Shown: one piece after another, positions 27,001 through 64,000 of the stretch
How positions within the stretch are numbered: position 1 is the stretch's first letter
Layout of the letters: the number at the start of each line of letters is the position of its first letter
Source: Lingula anatina
Taxonomy: Eukaryota > Animalia > Brachiopoda
Assembly: GCA_051362555.1 (NCBI GenBank)
Contig: CM120641.1
Location: 14,818,001 to 14,882,000, forward strand
DNA length: 64,000 nt
Direction: 5' to 3'
Notes under the pieces: generated by a model
What the model was told of the DNA's origin: nothing
Seen by the model: the letters and a program-made list of their open reading frames with translations, nothing else
The model's database searches: none
Program-made: the position numbers and the translations under genes

Positions 27001-30000
27001 GATTTAATCTCAAATACATATATAGCGTTGAATCCAATAGTGATCCCTTCCCTAAATACATATTAATGTTTGAAGGTATACAAAGATTCGGCAGGGTAGA
27101 TGGGGACCCAGGTAGGAATTGCAGCTCAGTTTGTTTAGGCCATATCTCTTATTCGTAGAGAATTTTATGTTCTCTAGTTGTAATGGTACAAGTTTCGTCG
27201 ACCACTATTATTTTTGTCCAGCAAAGCGAGGTAATTTTTCATCATTGTGCTCCCTCCTACCCTCAGCAAAAGCCTGTAATCGCTGATGCTAATCTATTGA
27301 TGAAAGATGGTAATTTAGATAATAGATGAACAAATGAAAATTGATAAAAAACATATTATATTTAGTATTTTTTTTAAAAGGAATTGCATATACCCCCCTT
27401 AACGGCAAGGGTTCCACATAATTCAACTTGTGAATGGCATGTTTAATTCATCTCATCTTAACCAAAATACTTTTACCTTCATGTAATGGGGATACACAAA
27501 AAAAAGTTAGAAGGAGTGTTAATGGGACCATTCAGATTGAGAAGAGCCGAGTGCTAGTAAGGCCGCGACCTATATATGGCGGACCTACATGAAAGGAAGA
27601 CAGCTAATCCTTTAGTGGTCTCTCCGCCTCTCACACGCCTCCCCACGCGTTGTCCCTCGACCAGTTGAATTGAGCCGAGATTTAATTACTGTGCCCCTGC
27701 AGGGACGACGCGTGGGGAGGCATGTGAGAGGTGGAGAGACCATTACAGGATTAAGTGGTCTTCCTTTCATGTAGGTCCGCCATATTTAGGTCGCGGCCTT
27801 ACTAGCACTCGGCTCTTCTCAATCTGAATGGTCCCAATGTTTCAATCTTCTATTTAAAGGTCAAAGTTTTCTGTGGTATTTCAGGACATTCTGGAAAATA
27901 ACAACATGAAACTGGACGACATGTTTATTGCATCACTGGTCCTAGATCTTATTAAGGTAGGGTGGATATATGAACTTGTTACAGAAACGATGAACCTTCC
28001 ATCAACACCTATTACTACATGATATCTCGACCTCTTTGACGTAGCTGCGATATTATAATGACTACTATCTACAAAATAGTTAGATGGATTTGAATATTTC
28101 CAGGGAATGATATTTATTCATGAAAGTAGGATTGGATCCCATGGTAATTTAAAGTCGACTAACTGCCTGGTGGATACAAGATGGGTTCTGCAGATCTCCG
28201 ACTTTGGTCTTTACAGCCTGGATTCTCATACAGATCGAAGGCAGAGTGTTGATGGGTTGAATTACTATAAAGGTAAGCTGTTTGCCAAGCTTTGTTCACC
28301 TGACCTGAAACAACTGGAAAACGCTTCAACGGTGTACCAGATAGTAAACGAAAGGTATCTGTAAAACAAAACAATATAATATCATGCTTCTGAATCTTGT
28401 ACACTTTGTTTCTTTGTTACTTGTGCTGTGCAGAGATTTAAAAAGCCTTTTGGATATGTATTTTCCCTATTTTACGAATGAGACCTTTATGACAAATTAC
28501 ATTTTTTTCATCAGAAATAAAGGGTAAATGAAAACAATAGAAAAGAATTTGAATTCTAAATTAGAAAATAATTGATATTGAAATGGTGAAAATGATAAAT
28601 TGGTGACGCGCAAATATCAATTCCAATATTAGTAACAAAAGCCAACTATATCCTGATTGATGCTTGAAGGCAAGAGCGCTACCATTTTTACAACAACCCA
28701 TACAATGTATATATTTGGGTCAGTTTTCTCCAACTTATACGGTCATTGCTTATTTAGATCTGTTGTGGACTGCGCCTGAGTTGTTACGCAGCGCGAACCG
28801 ACCGCCCCAGGGGACACCCAAGGGTGATGTTTATTCCTTTGCAATCATTTTGTTCGAGGTCCATGCGAGAAACGGACCCTGGGGAGATGCCAAAATGTCA
28901 CCACAAGGTACATGTATGGGATCAATCACAATTAGAAGAGCCTAGTGCTAGCTGGTCCATGGCCTAAATATGGCGGACCTACATGAAAGGAAGGCCGCTT
29001 TATCCTGTAATGGTCTCTCCGCCTCTCACACGCCTCCCCTCGCGTCGTCCCTCGACCGGACGAATTGAGCCGAGATCTAATTACCGTGCCCCTGCAGGGA
29101 CGATGCGTGGGGAGGCTCTTCTCATTCTGAATGGTCCCTATGTTCAAATGTCTTAGAACATTCATACTGTAAGGCATTCATTCTATAATATGTTTTCATT
29201 TTTATAGAGAGGCTTAACGCGAACACACTTATTTGTTTTTAAAAATACAAGTATCGATGAGTGACAAAAAACTAAACTTCATATGGCCTTTTCATAGACA
29301 TCATTGAGCATGTGAAGAGCACGAGTAATGTGACGGAGCCATTCCGCCCTGAAACGCACCTGCTGTCCTGCAAGCCACACATCGTGAACTGTATAAAACA
29401 ATGCTGGACAGAGAACCCAGACGACAGACCGGATTTCAAAAGCATCAGAACTATGTTGAAGTCCATGCAACAGGGCTTGTGAGTTGCTTGCAGATGCTTC
29501 ATTAATCTTAATATCACAAGCACACATATACTCCTGCACTATATAGTGCATTCGTTTTGCTATATTGCCATCTGAATCTCAATATCTCTTTCTTGTAAAT
29601 CGATTTCCTGGAATTTTAGCGTGTCCATATACTAGTGTTCTTAGCAAAAACAACAATTATAGCGTGTGCATTTGGTACATCAGAGCGAGTTTTCATTTTA
29701 GGCATTCCAACATATTTGACAACATGATAGCTATGATGGAGAAGTATTCTAACCACCTCGAGGACCTAGTGGATGACAGGACCATGCAGTTATCAGAGGA
29801 AAAGAAGAAAACCGAACTCCTGTTACTTAGAATGCTGCCACGGTAGGATTGTGAGAATGACATTGTGCTAGATGTGACAAAATATGAGCTCTGAGAAGAT
29901 GAGGCAGTAAAGGGTACTTGTTGAAAAGAATGGATAACAGAGTGCAACGTTCAGTCTCAAAACATGTCCTTAAAAAAAATTGAAACGAATGTCACAAGCT

Positions 30001-30292
30001 ATCAGCCTCTTTCTATCATCCTGCATTTAGCTTGTTTACATTTCTACTTGCTCACAAGAGACAACTTTTAAAGACAGGTTTCAAAAGGTTTTTATTATTT
30101 AGCTGTTTCTCGTTGTAATTTAGTTTTAATTATCTTTTTAATACACTGGCATTTACCGTTTTATTTCCACATCTTAAACTTAACTATTTTATCATTATTA
30201 TTACTTTTATTTTTTCACACATATTTCACTTTTAAGAGCTCGGACAGAATCCAATTTCTAATGTATATTTTACATATATATTAACTGAAGAA

Positions 30293-30328
<36 letters not shown>

Positions 30329-32283
30329 GATACAGAGTTGTTTATGTATTGCTCAAATATTTCATGGGCTATTCTTGGATAGATTGTAATGCAATGCACG
30401 TCTCCAGCTGATCATTACTGTGATAAGTGTGTCCTTCACATTTCCTTTCCATGTTCTGCAATGAAGAAGTGTGGCTGATCAGTTGAAGCGAGGTGAACGG
30501 GTCAGCCCGGAGACGTATAGCTCAGTGACAATTTATTTCAGTGACATTGTAGGATTCACTGTCCTGTCAGCGGAAAGCAGTCCAATGCAGGTAAAAAACT
30601 AGAATTCTTTTTTTTTTTAATTATTTATTTTTCTTGTGGTGTTCCAGTCAAAGATCAATCAGCGTTCCTAAGAGTGATTGTGTAAAAAGGAGAGGATGCC
30701 GTGGTATTTATCTGCATGTGGGTGAAGGTCTAGAAGTGGTCTGCGGTTTACAAATGAACAACAAATTAGAGACGTGATCGTTTACGGCCTTGGCGTATTG
30801 ATTGAAGGTGCTTGTTGCACGCTAAGTGCGAGATTCGCCGTCAAAAACATGCAGCAGAAAATGGATACGATAGCTGGTGGCACAATATCGTGTTTTTAAA
30901 TTTTGCATTGTAAGAAACCAGTGATAACTACTGTATTGATTGCCACATCCATAACAACCTTAAATGCCTGTATTTACCACTTGATAGCGGAAACTGTCCA
31001 ATTTGTCTGTTTATTTTTTTTTCCAGATAGTAGACATGTTGAACGACTTGTACACTTTATTTGACTCCATTACCAGCCACTATGACGTGTACAAGGTGGA
31101 GACAATAGGGGACGCCTACATGGTGGTGAGCGGCCTTCCTTTACGCAATGGTGACAACCACGCAGGAGAAATAGCATCCATGTCATTACAGTTGCTATCC
31201 GCCATCAAAACGTTCAAAATACGCCACAAACCCAATGAAATGCTCAAGCTGCGAATCGGTTTACATTCAGGTACCTGTTTTCAAGTTGAGATCAAGCGTT
31301 GTGTTATGGTGATGATATTTGCCCTTTGAATCTTATATTACTCTATCCCTTGAGTACATTGTACTGTTCTGTTATACGCCACTTTGCATAAATAGAAATT
31401 TGTGTCTATTTTTGGAATATTATCAGTTTCCACATTTTCCTTTAAATGTATTTATATTTTTCTTGTTTAAACAACAGATGACGTGCTTCAAATATTTCAA
31501 ACGTTTTTTTATCATTTGAGTTCTCCATCTTAGTACTGTTTATCTAACAAGTATCATATATTTAGTATTATTCCACTCCTGCTTGACTGGGAAACATACA
31601 AATGTAACTTTTGATGTCGTTTCGTTACATTCAGGTCAGTGTGTGGCCGGCGTTGTTGGCTTGAAAATGCCTAGGTATTGTTTATTTGGAGATACAGTCA
31701 ACACGGCCTCAAGGATGGAGTCAACCGGCGTAGGTGTGTACAAAAATGTATTGTTTCCATCTGTTTGCTTTAAAAATGTTAGTATTATTACTGATGCATC
31801 TCAGAAGATCTACTTTACAGATGTCAAATATAATCCTGTAACTTTTCCTGTAACAGAAGGATCTTCTGTAAAGTAGTGACATTTGACATCTGTAATCTGA
31901 CATCTGTAATGTAGATCTTCTGAGATGCATCAGTAGTAATACTTATATTTTTCTTAAGATCTACACGGTGAATTGACATGAATCCTTTAAAAATGTTGTG
32001 ACGTCAACAAATACTATATATGCTAATTTTGTTTTCTTTTGAAAGAAATGTTTAGATATGACCACAATCATATTATAATGTTACTTGTAAATTGAATCAG
32101 TCAGCGCCAATGGTATCTCTAAATGTCAGTTCTTATGCTTTTCAGCATTAAAAATACACATCAGCATGGCCTGTAAGCTTATACTGGATAAGCTTGGTGG
32201 ATACCAACTTGAGGAGAGGGGAAACATTCATGTAAAGGTAAAAGGCCATTATCAGTGACCTGTTCTTAAATGTGTGCATGTGT

Positions 32284-32335
<52 letters not shown>

Positions 32336-32761
32336 TTGTTAATTCGAAAATTAACGGACTTTTCATTACAGGGCAAAGGAGAGATGACAACTTACTTCTT
32401 ACTGTCGGAAGACGCAGCATTCCGTTCGCGTAGACTTGAGCAGCAAACAGTGATCTCAAACGGCAACCCGAGCTCTACATGCAACTTAGACACCATCCTA
32501 GGCGAGAAGGGTCTTTGTAGACCAGTTTCGAGACACAGCAGTATGACCAACAGTAACTGGAGTTTGTACAATAACAAAGCCGTCCAGCATCATAAAGGCA
32601 GTAGTGACTGGAGTTCAAAAATGGATTCGCCTATATTCTTCACATCAGATCTTCAACATGGATGGAAATTGGGCGTTTTCCCCATCGGGAATGAGGCTCG
32701 AGGTATGAAGAAAAGCTTTCAAAATTCGGCCTGTGGTGGCAACTGGGAATCTCGTGTGTGA
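16214..32761 (+). CDS. Receptor guanylyl cyclase A (NPR / Gyc32E-like), 20 coding exons, ~1181 aa
   Basis: Exons: 16214-16600, 18815-19103, 21458-21607, 21812-21999, 22593-22731, 23638-23792, 24298-24397, 24640-24712, 25076-25181, 26361-26657, 27885-27956, 28104-28272, 28758-28907, 29298-29478, 29702-29842, 30467-30590, 31027-31270, 31635-31733, 32146-32237, 32372-32761 (3546 nt, all GT-AG, phases consistent). Motifs [73 protein letters not shown]. Confidence 0.95.
17629..17796. mobile_element. hAT-like MITE
   Basis: CAGGCCCGTA..TAGGGACTG termini, internal G- and C-runs, TCTATA in both flanks (degenerate TSD). Confidence 0.55.
18815..19103 (+). CDS. rGC-A exon 2 (ectodomain)
   Basis: [26 protein letters not shown]; AG/GT. 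Confidence 0.92.
20794..21010 (+). mobile_element. Helentron-associated non-autonomous element (HINE/DINE-1-like)
   Basis: TTACCTCCGCCAAGG start, GTTT-rich core, CTCTCTGAGTG..TTCTAGT end, recalled hallmarks of this class. Confidence 0.65.
21015..21079. repeat. poly(T) followed by poly(G)
   Basis: direct. Confidence 0.9.
21458..21607 (+). CDS. rGC-A exon 3
   Basis: [14 protein letters not shown]; AG/GTGAGT; not in ORF track. Confidence 0.88.
21812..21999 (+). CDS. rGC-A exon 4
   Basis: [17 protein letters not shown]; AG/GTGAGA. Confidence 0.88.
22593..22731 (+). CDS. rGC-A exon 5
   Basis: [24 protein letters not shown]; AG/GTAAGT. Confidence 0.92.
23638..23792 (+). CDS. rGC-A exon 6
   Basis: [22 protein letters not shown]. 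Confidence 0.92.
24298..24397 (+). CDS. rGC-A exon 7 (juxtamembrane Cys motif)
   Basis: [22 protein letters not shown]. Confidence 0.9.
24640..24712 (+). CDS. rGC-A exon 8 (transmembrane helix)
   Basis: [24 protein letters not shown]. Confidence 0.88.
25076..25181 (+). CDS. rGC-A exon 9
   Basis: [16 protein letters not shown]. Confidence 0.9.
26361..26657 (+). CDS. rGC-A exon 10 (kinase-homology N-lobe)
   Basis: [29 protein letters not shown]. Confidence 0.9.
27524..27835. mobile_element. Fold-back PIF/Harbinger-like MITE, full-length (family X)
   Basis: GGGACC..GGTCCC termini, ~133-bp near-perfect inverted arms, 3-bp TSD AAT on both sides. Confidence 0.88.
27885..27956 (+). CDS. rGC-A exon 11
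   Basis: [24 protein letters not shown], 72 nt. Confidence 0.92.
28104..28272 (+). CDS. rGC-A exon 12
   Basis: [23 protein letters not shown]. Confidence 0.93.
28758..28907 (+). CDS. rGC-A exon 13
   Basis: [20 protein letters not shown]. Confidence 0.93.
28918..29138. mobile_element. Family X MITE, right arm internally deleted
   Basis: High identity to 27524-27835; TSD TAT at 28915-28917 and 29139-29141. Confidence 0.82.
29298..29478 (+). CDS. rGC-A exon 14
   Basis: [16 protein letters not shown]. Confidence 0.92.
29702..29842 (+). CDS. rGC-A exon 15 (coiled-coil hinge)
   Basis: [28 protein letters not shown]. Confidence 0.93.
30293..30328. repeat. (TTA)n microsatellite
   Basis: direct. 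Confidence 0.9.
30467..30590 (+). CDS. rGC-A exon 16 (cyclase)
   Basis: [21 protein letters not shown]. Confidence 0.92.
31027..31270 (+). CDS. rGC-A exon 17 (cyclase)
   Basis: [33 protein letters not shown]. Confidence 0.95.
31635..31733 (+). CDS. rGC-A exon 18 (cyclase)
   Basis: [26 protein letters not shown], 99 nt. Confidence 0.95.
31782..31942. mobile_element. Short hairpin MITE (Harbinger/Tourist-like)
   Basis: ~45-bp arms with 2 mismatches; TTA on both flanks. Confidence 0.7.
32146..32237 (+). CDS. rGC-A exon 19
   Basis: [16 protein letters not shown], 92 nt. Confidence 0.92.
32372..32761 (+). CDS. rGC-A exon 20 (cyclase end and tail, ends ESRV)
   Basis: [10 protein letters not shown] then Ser-rich tail to TGA. 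Confidence 0.85.
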   Translation, partial: GKGEMTTYFLLSEDAAFRSRRLEQQTVISNGNPSSTCNLDTILGEKGLCRPVSRHSSMTNSNWSLYNNKAVQHHKGSSDWSSKMDSPIFFTSDLQHGWKLGVFPIGNEARGMKKSFQNSACGGNWESRV

Positions 32762-33039
32762 AGAACGTTAATTGTATTGTGTTACACTGGTCCTACATGT
32801 AGCAAATTCGTAACTTTTAAGCAATGTTCTGTACATGTGGAGTTCGTTGGAAAAAAAGTTCAGTATTCGTAAAGAAGAACTATTAATTGGATTGTCTGGA
32901 AGCACGTCTTTGGATAATCACACAAACGTAGTCTGTTCGTATATAACCGACACTGTTTAATTTATAGAATGCATTTATGGATATATAAAAAGTTTATTAT
33001 TTTTGTGGATGTTGGGACGTATTCTTTTTTGCCGACTTC

Positions 33040-33080
<41 letters not shown>

Positions 33081-33706
33081 AATTATGTATTTGTGCTCCA
33101 CTGAAATAATGTTACATTTGTTAAACAATGTTATTTTGTATATATCGACATAAAATGGTTTAAAAACTGATTTTTAGTAATTTTAGTCATGTTTAGTTTA
33201 ATACATTTTAATGAACCATGTATCGTTTATCCCAAAACAATTTCTGAAATATTAACGAAAATCAGTATGATTTCTTTTCGCGAGAAAACCCTACACAGCG
33301 CACATTTAACTGAATATTCATCGAATAAATCATCTCAGCATTGTTGGCGGTGAGGTAGTCATTCAAAATGTTTTATCTTAAAACCATGGCTTTGTCAGTG
33401 CAACTTTGTAAATATTTTACATATTATCACGTAATCATCTTTGTCGCAATGCGCTTGGGTGAAAGTTGTAAAAAATGAAAATCCTGAAAAGTAGCTTGCA
33501 ATATCTCATCGCATTTAGACCATATAAAAAACTATCAAAATGAAGAATAAAAATCCTGAAATCTGGATCTTGAAAACGTTCACCTAGATGAATGCGTTCT
33601 CTGTCAACAGATGTCTTTTTACTACCCGATAACATATTTCAAGTGTTTGAAGAAACTTTACAACCAAGCAAATCAATTGAATCACAAGAAAAGACATCAT
33701 TCCTGG

Positions 33707-33909
33707 TACCTCCGCTGAAATGTTTGTTTTTGTTGACTTGTTAGTTAAAATTTTGAAGTCAAAGGTAATGGACGGATCGGATTTTTATCACTCCTTAAGG
33801 ATAGGTTCGATTGCTTTTTGGCTAAAATTCTTTATGGATTGAATAATTATCAATAATGAGAATTCAGCTGTCTGGCGGTGGTTTCCCCTCTCTGAGTGCT
33901 TTTCTAGTT
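33707..33909 (+). mobile_element. Second HINE-like copy between the converging 3' ends
   Basis: TACCTCCGC start; GGCGGTGGT..CTCTCTGAGTGCTTTTCTAGTT end, shared with 20794-21010. Confidence 0.6.
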
Positions 33910-34018
33910 AGTTGACATTTTCGAGTAGTTATCAGTTCAAGAATAGTCTCTCTTTGCCAAATCAATACAGTTTCCGATATCTCTGTTAGAATGTAAGTCA
34001 TATGCTTTGTGTGTGTGT

Positions 34019-34049
<31 letters not shown>

Positions 34050-35207
34050 GGGGGTAGCGGTATTGTTATTTATTTGACAACTGGGAAATTAAAGGTTAGT
34101 ATTTATTTACTCAATCACGTTTTCTTTTTGAAAAATATTTCATAATAGTGTAGGGTTAGTTATTTAACTTACATAGAAGCATCGACAACATACGCTGCAC
34201 ATTTGTACCGTTAGCATTATATACTTAACGCATCTTTATTTGATTACTTATACACTGGAATGTCACTTTTGTAATGTAGATGAAAGCGGATAAATTGTCA
34301 AATTGATAAAAAATATACATCTTAATAATTGCAGTTTTCAACCCACTCAAGCAATTTTGACATGGCACATACATTTTTGAAATAACCGTTAGAATTCGCT
34401 CCTTGAATTTGATTTAACATTTGCATTTCCTACAACCGAATAAAAGTGATCACATGTGCAGTTACATAGCTACCCTTTGCTGACTAGTTAGTTTTTTACC
34501 CCACGTATCAAAATGCCAATATTATTTAGAAAACAATGCCCATTATCAGAATGCGAAGGTTGGAAATACATCTATCAAAAGCCGAAATCATCCGGCCTAG
34601 ACAAAATCTATTTCTACTTTGCATTTGTGGACACTTAAAAAAAATAAATACATGAATGTTTAACACACGGTATGTTTTTGAAGTATAACCCAGCGTCACA
34701 ATATTCGCGACATAAAGGCACAATGTAAAATGTACTTTGACAAATCTATGTATAATGTAGTGAAAACATATGGGGACTTTAATTCAGCGCTAAAGACATT
34801 GCGTAAAACAAGCCCTAGTAGAAAAATATCAATCAAACGTGTGTTTTGACGGTAAAAACTGCCATGCCTTACACCATGTTAACAGTCTTAAATGTTTTGG
34901 TAATGCTTTTAGATTACCTGAATTTGTTTTTGCAAGAGTACATATCAACGTAAAAACTAAACAATGTATATTTAGGGCACTAATGAAACTCGTTGAATCA
35001 TACTTACACAAAAAATCCCCATTTGTTGAAATGTCTAAATCTGGGTTAATGAAGTTAATGTACTAAAATTCTTTCCAACATATGGTTATTGATTTGGTCT
35101 ACTTTTAAGCTGTCTGAAAAAACATGGGCATCTGATATTTTAATAAATATTAAAATGTAAAAAAGACAACAGCAAAGTGTTTAAAGCAAACAAAATCGGG
35201 TTATTGG

Positions 35208-61749
<26,542 letters not shown>

Positions 61750-64000
61750 AGCAAGGCCTATCGAGTCCCGTTACAATGAAAAATAGTCAGACTCCCCAAA
61801 CAATGACATATCATCGCGCATATCCTCGCGATGAGCTAGTATTGATGTATATGATATCCCGATTAGAGACTCGTGTCCAGATAAAGTATTCCCGCTGAGC
61901 AATTTCTTTGAGCTTATTAAGAAGTCGGTATTATTTTATCCACGTTCAAACATATGGTCATCTTCAAGCAACATCATGCTACATTGAGAGTTGGATAGCA
62001 TGATCGTAAATTGTCTCTACAGTAGCTGCTGGCGTCCAATACGTTTCCAAGGTCTTTCTTTACCTTGTCTTGAAAATGCCCGTTAGTCAAAGCAGTCATA
62101 CCCTATATAAAATATATCAAATAGTGCATTCCCGCCATATAACAGTAAGTGCCTGGCAGTCATAATACATCAACTCACCAAAATAAAGTAGTGCCGCGGT
62201 GTCCGAGATGACAAGGGAACATATACGTCGTAACCACTATGGGAGTGACTGACGGTCAGACTTAATGTACGAGAAGAGGCGTATATTGTCCGCTAGGCAT
62301 GTTGATTGAGTGATTAATATTCCAACTGTTCCCTGATTATATAAAAACAATATTCTTAATTTGACCACTAAGTCAGTTGGTCATATCATGCCTCAAGCAA
62401 ACTACATGTATGCTTGTCACTTATCACCTCAATTTCAGCCGCGTGCTGACTGGCCGCGCCGTCGCGTGTTTATGTTAAGGGCGACTACAAATGTACTCTG
62501 TATGGCTTTTTACCTGTCGGGGTGTTGCCTCGAAGTTTAGATTGTTCTGTGTCGAAATGGGTGTCACTTAGTGTCTTTAGTGCTCACGGATGATGTTATC
62601 ATTTTTCCACTTCCACGTGCTGCTGCATCCTGGTCGACCTTTTTTCACGAGGAGTCATCCATCTTTCTCGACAGCTCCCGTCGGTGGTACACCTGACAGT
62701 TACTTCGTAAAAAATGGCTAACTCATAGCTCCCGGCACGTAAACTGTGCCCTCGCAACCTCTGAAATAAGGAAATATAAAATTGAATATATCACTTAGAT
62801 GAACCTTGAAAAGGGGCAGATGGAGAAATAACGTGTAATATATACCAAAGTGCGTGGTGCGTATAGACTCCACACCTGATTTATTTATTACCACAGGAAG
62901 ACTTCCACAAGATGCCATGCCGTCTTTTCAAACAAAAACTTACGGAAAACGTCATAAAAAGGATACATCAACTTGGCATGCGGATGAACAGCAACATTCA
63001 GTTCTGAGAATGTTTGGTCCTTCCACGGTATGCTTTAAAACACTGGTTCAAATGCTTTACTACCGTACCTTGCCACATTGCCATTGCTGTTACGCCGAGC
63101 TGTGCGTCCACTACACAGTAATGTTTCCAATATGGTCCAGTATATAGTGTATCAATGTTATCAACGTGAATTAAACAAGTTGGTCATCTAATTGAACCCT
63201 TGTGTTAATACATGTTGTATTTATAAATGACGCTTGTGGTTTCTGGTTACGTTTTTCGCGAGCCAGAACTGTTGGATCGCCTTAATGTGAACAGCATGCG
63301 TGATGGCTTTTTAATAAATCATATTTGCTTTTCTATTTACTTTTTTAGTGCGTTCCAAAAGCTTATAGTTTGTAGTTGTCAAAATTCAGAATAGGGGTAT
63401 TCGTTTACATTAATTAAGTTTCTGACCTAACATAACTGATTACAAAGCCGAAATTAAGCCACCACTAGAATTAAGCATACGATAGTCCTTCTGGAACAAT
63501 AACACATCAGGACATGGATGTTCCATTTCAGTCATAGAAAACTGACGCATGATTAACAGCCTGTCCATCAATTACAAGATTCCATGTTAAATCAAATGGG
63601 AAATCAAGTATATGACTTCAAACCTTTCCCTTCGTTATTAAAATAAGCAAGATTTGAACCAAAGTGTAAAAGGGTATTCAGCCAGCGTTTAGAGTGCCCA
63701 GATAATTTTTTTCACATTCTACTCAGTTGGTCCTTTCTCTTGGCATGTGCGATTAAAAAAGAAATGCTTACCATGATGGATATCATAAAAAATAAATGGG
63801 AATTAAACTCCTTTATTATCTGAGTATTCTGGCCCTTGGTAACCGCTTTATATCAATGGAAAAATGATAATTTAACAATATGAACAAACAAATAAAACGA
63901 AATAAGATTAAAATATATAATGAGTGAATGGCGTACTTTGATTACTGATAAGTTTATATCGGAGGAGAGACAGCATGGACTCACAATTAAGACTAGTGAC

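Noticed and set aside
31261-31636. TTACATTCAGGT repeated at both ends of intron 17 as an intron-gain TSD
   Set aside because: The intron position is shared with paralog B, so it is ancient; much of the match is splice consensus

Overview
AT-rich animal genomic DNA with spliceosomal introns and microsatellites. A marine invertebrate such as a mollusc is inferred, not shown. The window holds two complete receptor (membrane) guanylyl cyclase genes arranged tail-to-tail. Gene A (+, 16214-32761) has 20 coding exons and about 1181 aa; gene B (-, 61749-35208) has 21 coding exons and about 1290 aa. I reconstructed both by hand with GT-AG junctions and consistent phases. Each has a signal peptide, ANF-receptor ectodomain, single TM helix, kinase-homology pseudokinase, coiled-coil and intact cyclase domain. 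From memory A resembles Drosophila Gyc32E and B resembles Gyc76C. Both end in a class I PDZ ligand (ESRV / ESKL) and each ectodomain has one unpaired private Cys, which suggests a co-scaffolded or heteromeric receptor pair (hypothesis). Non-coding DNA carries decayed LINEs, several MITE families (PIF/Harbinger-, Tc1/mariner-, hAT-, Helentron-like), a duplicated exon end that could form an in-frame micro-exon, and a strong excess of TACATGTA.
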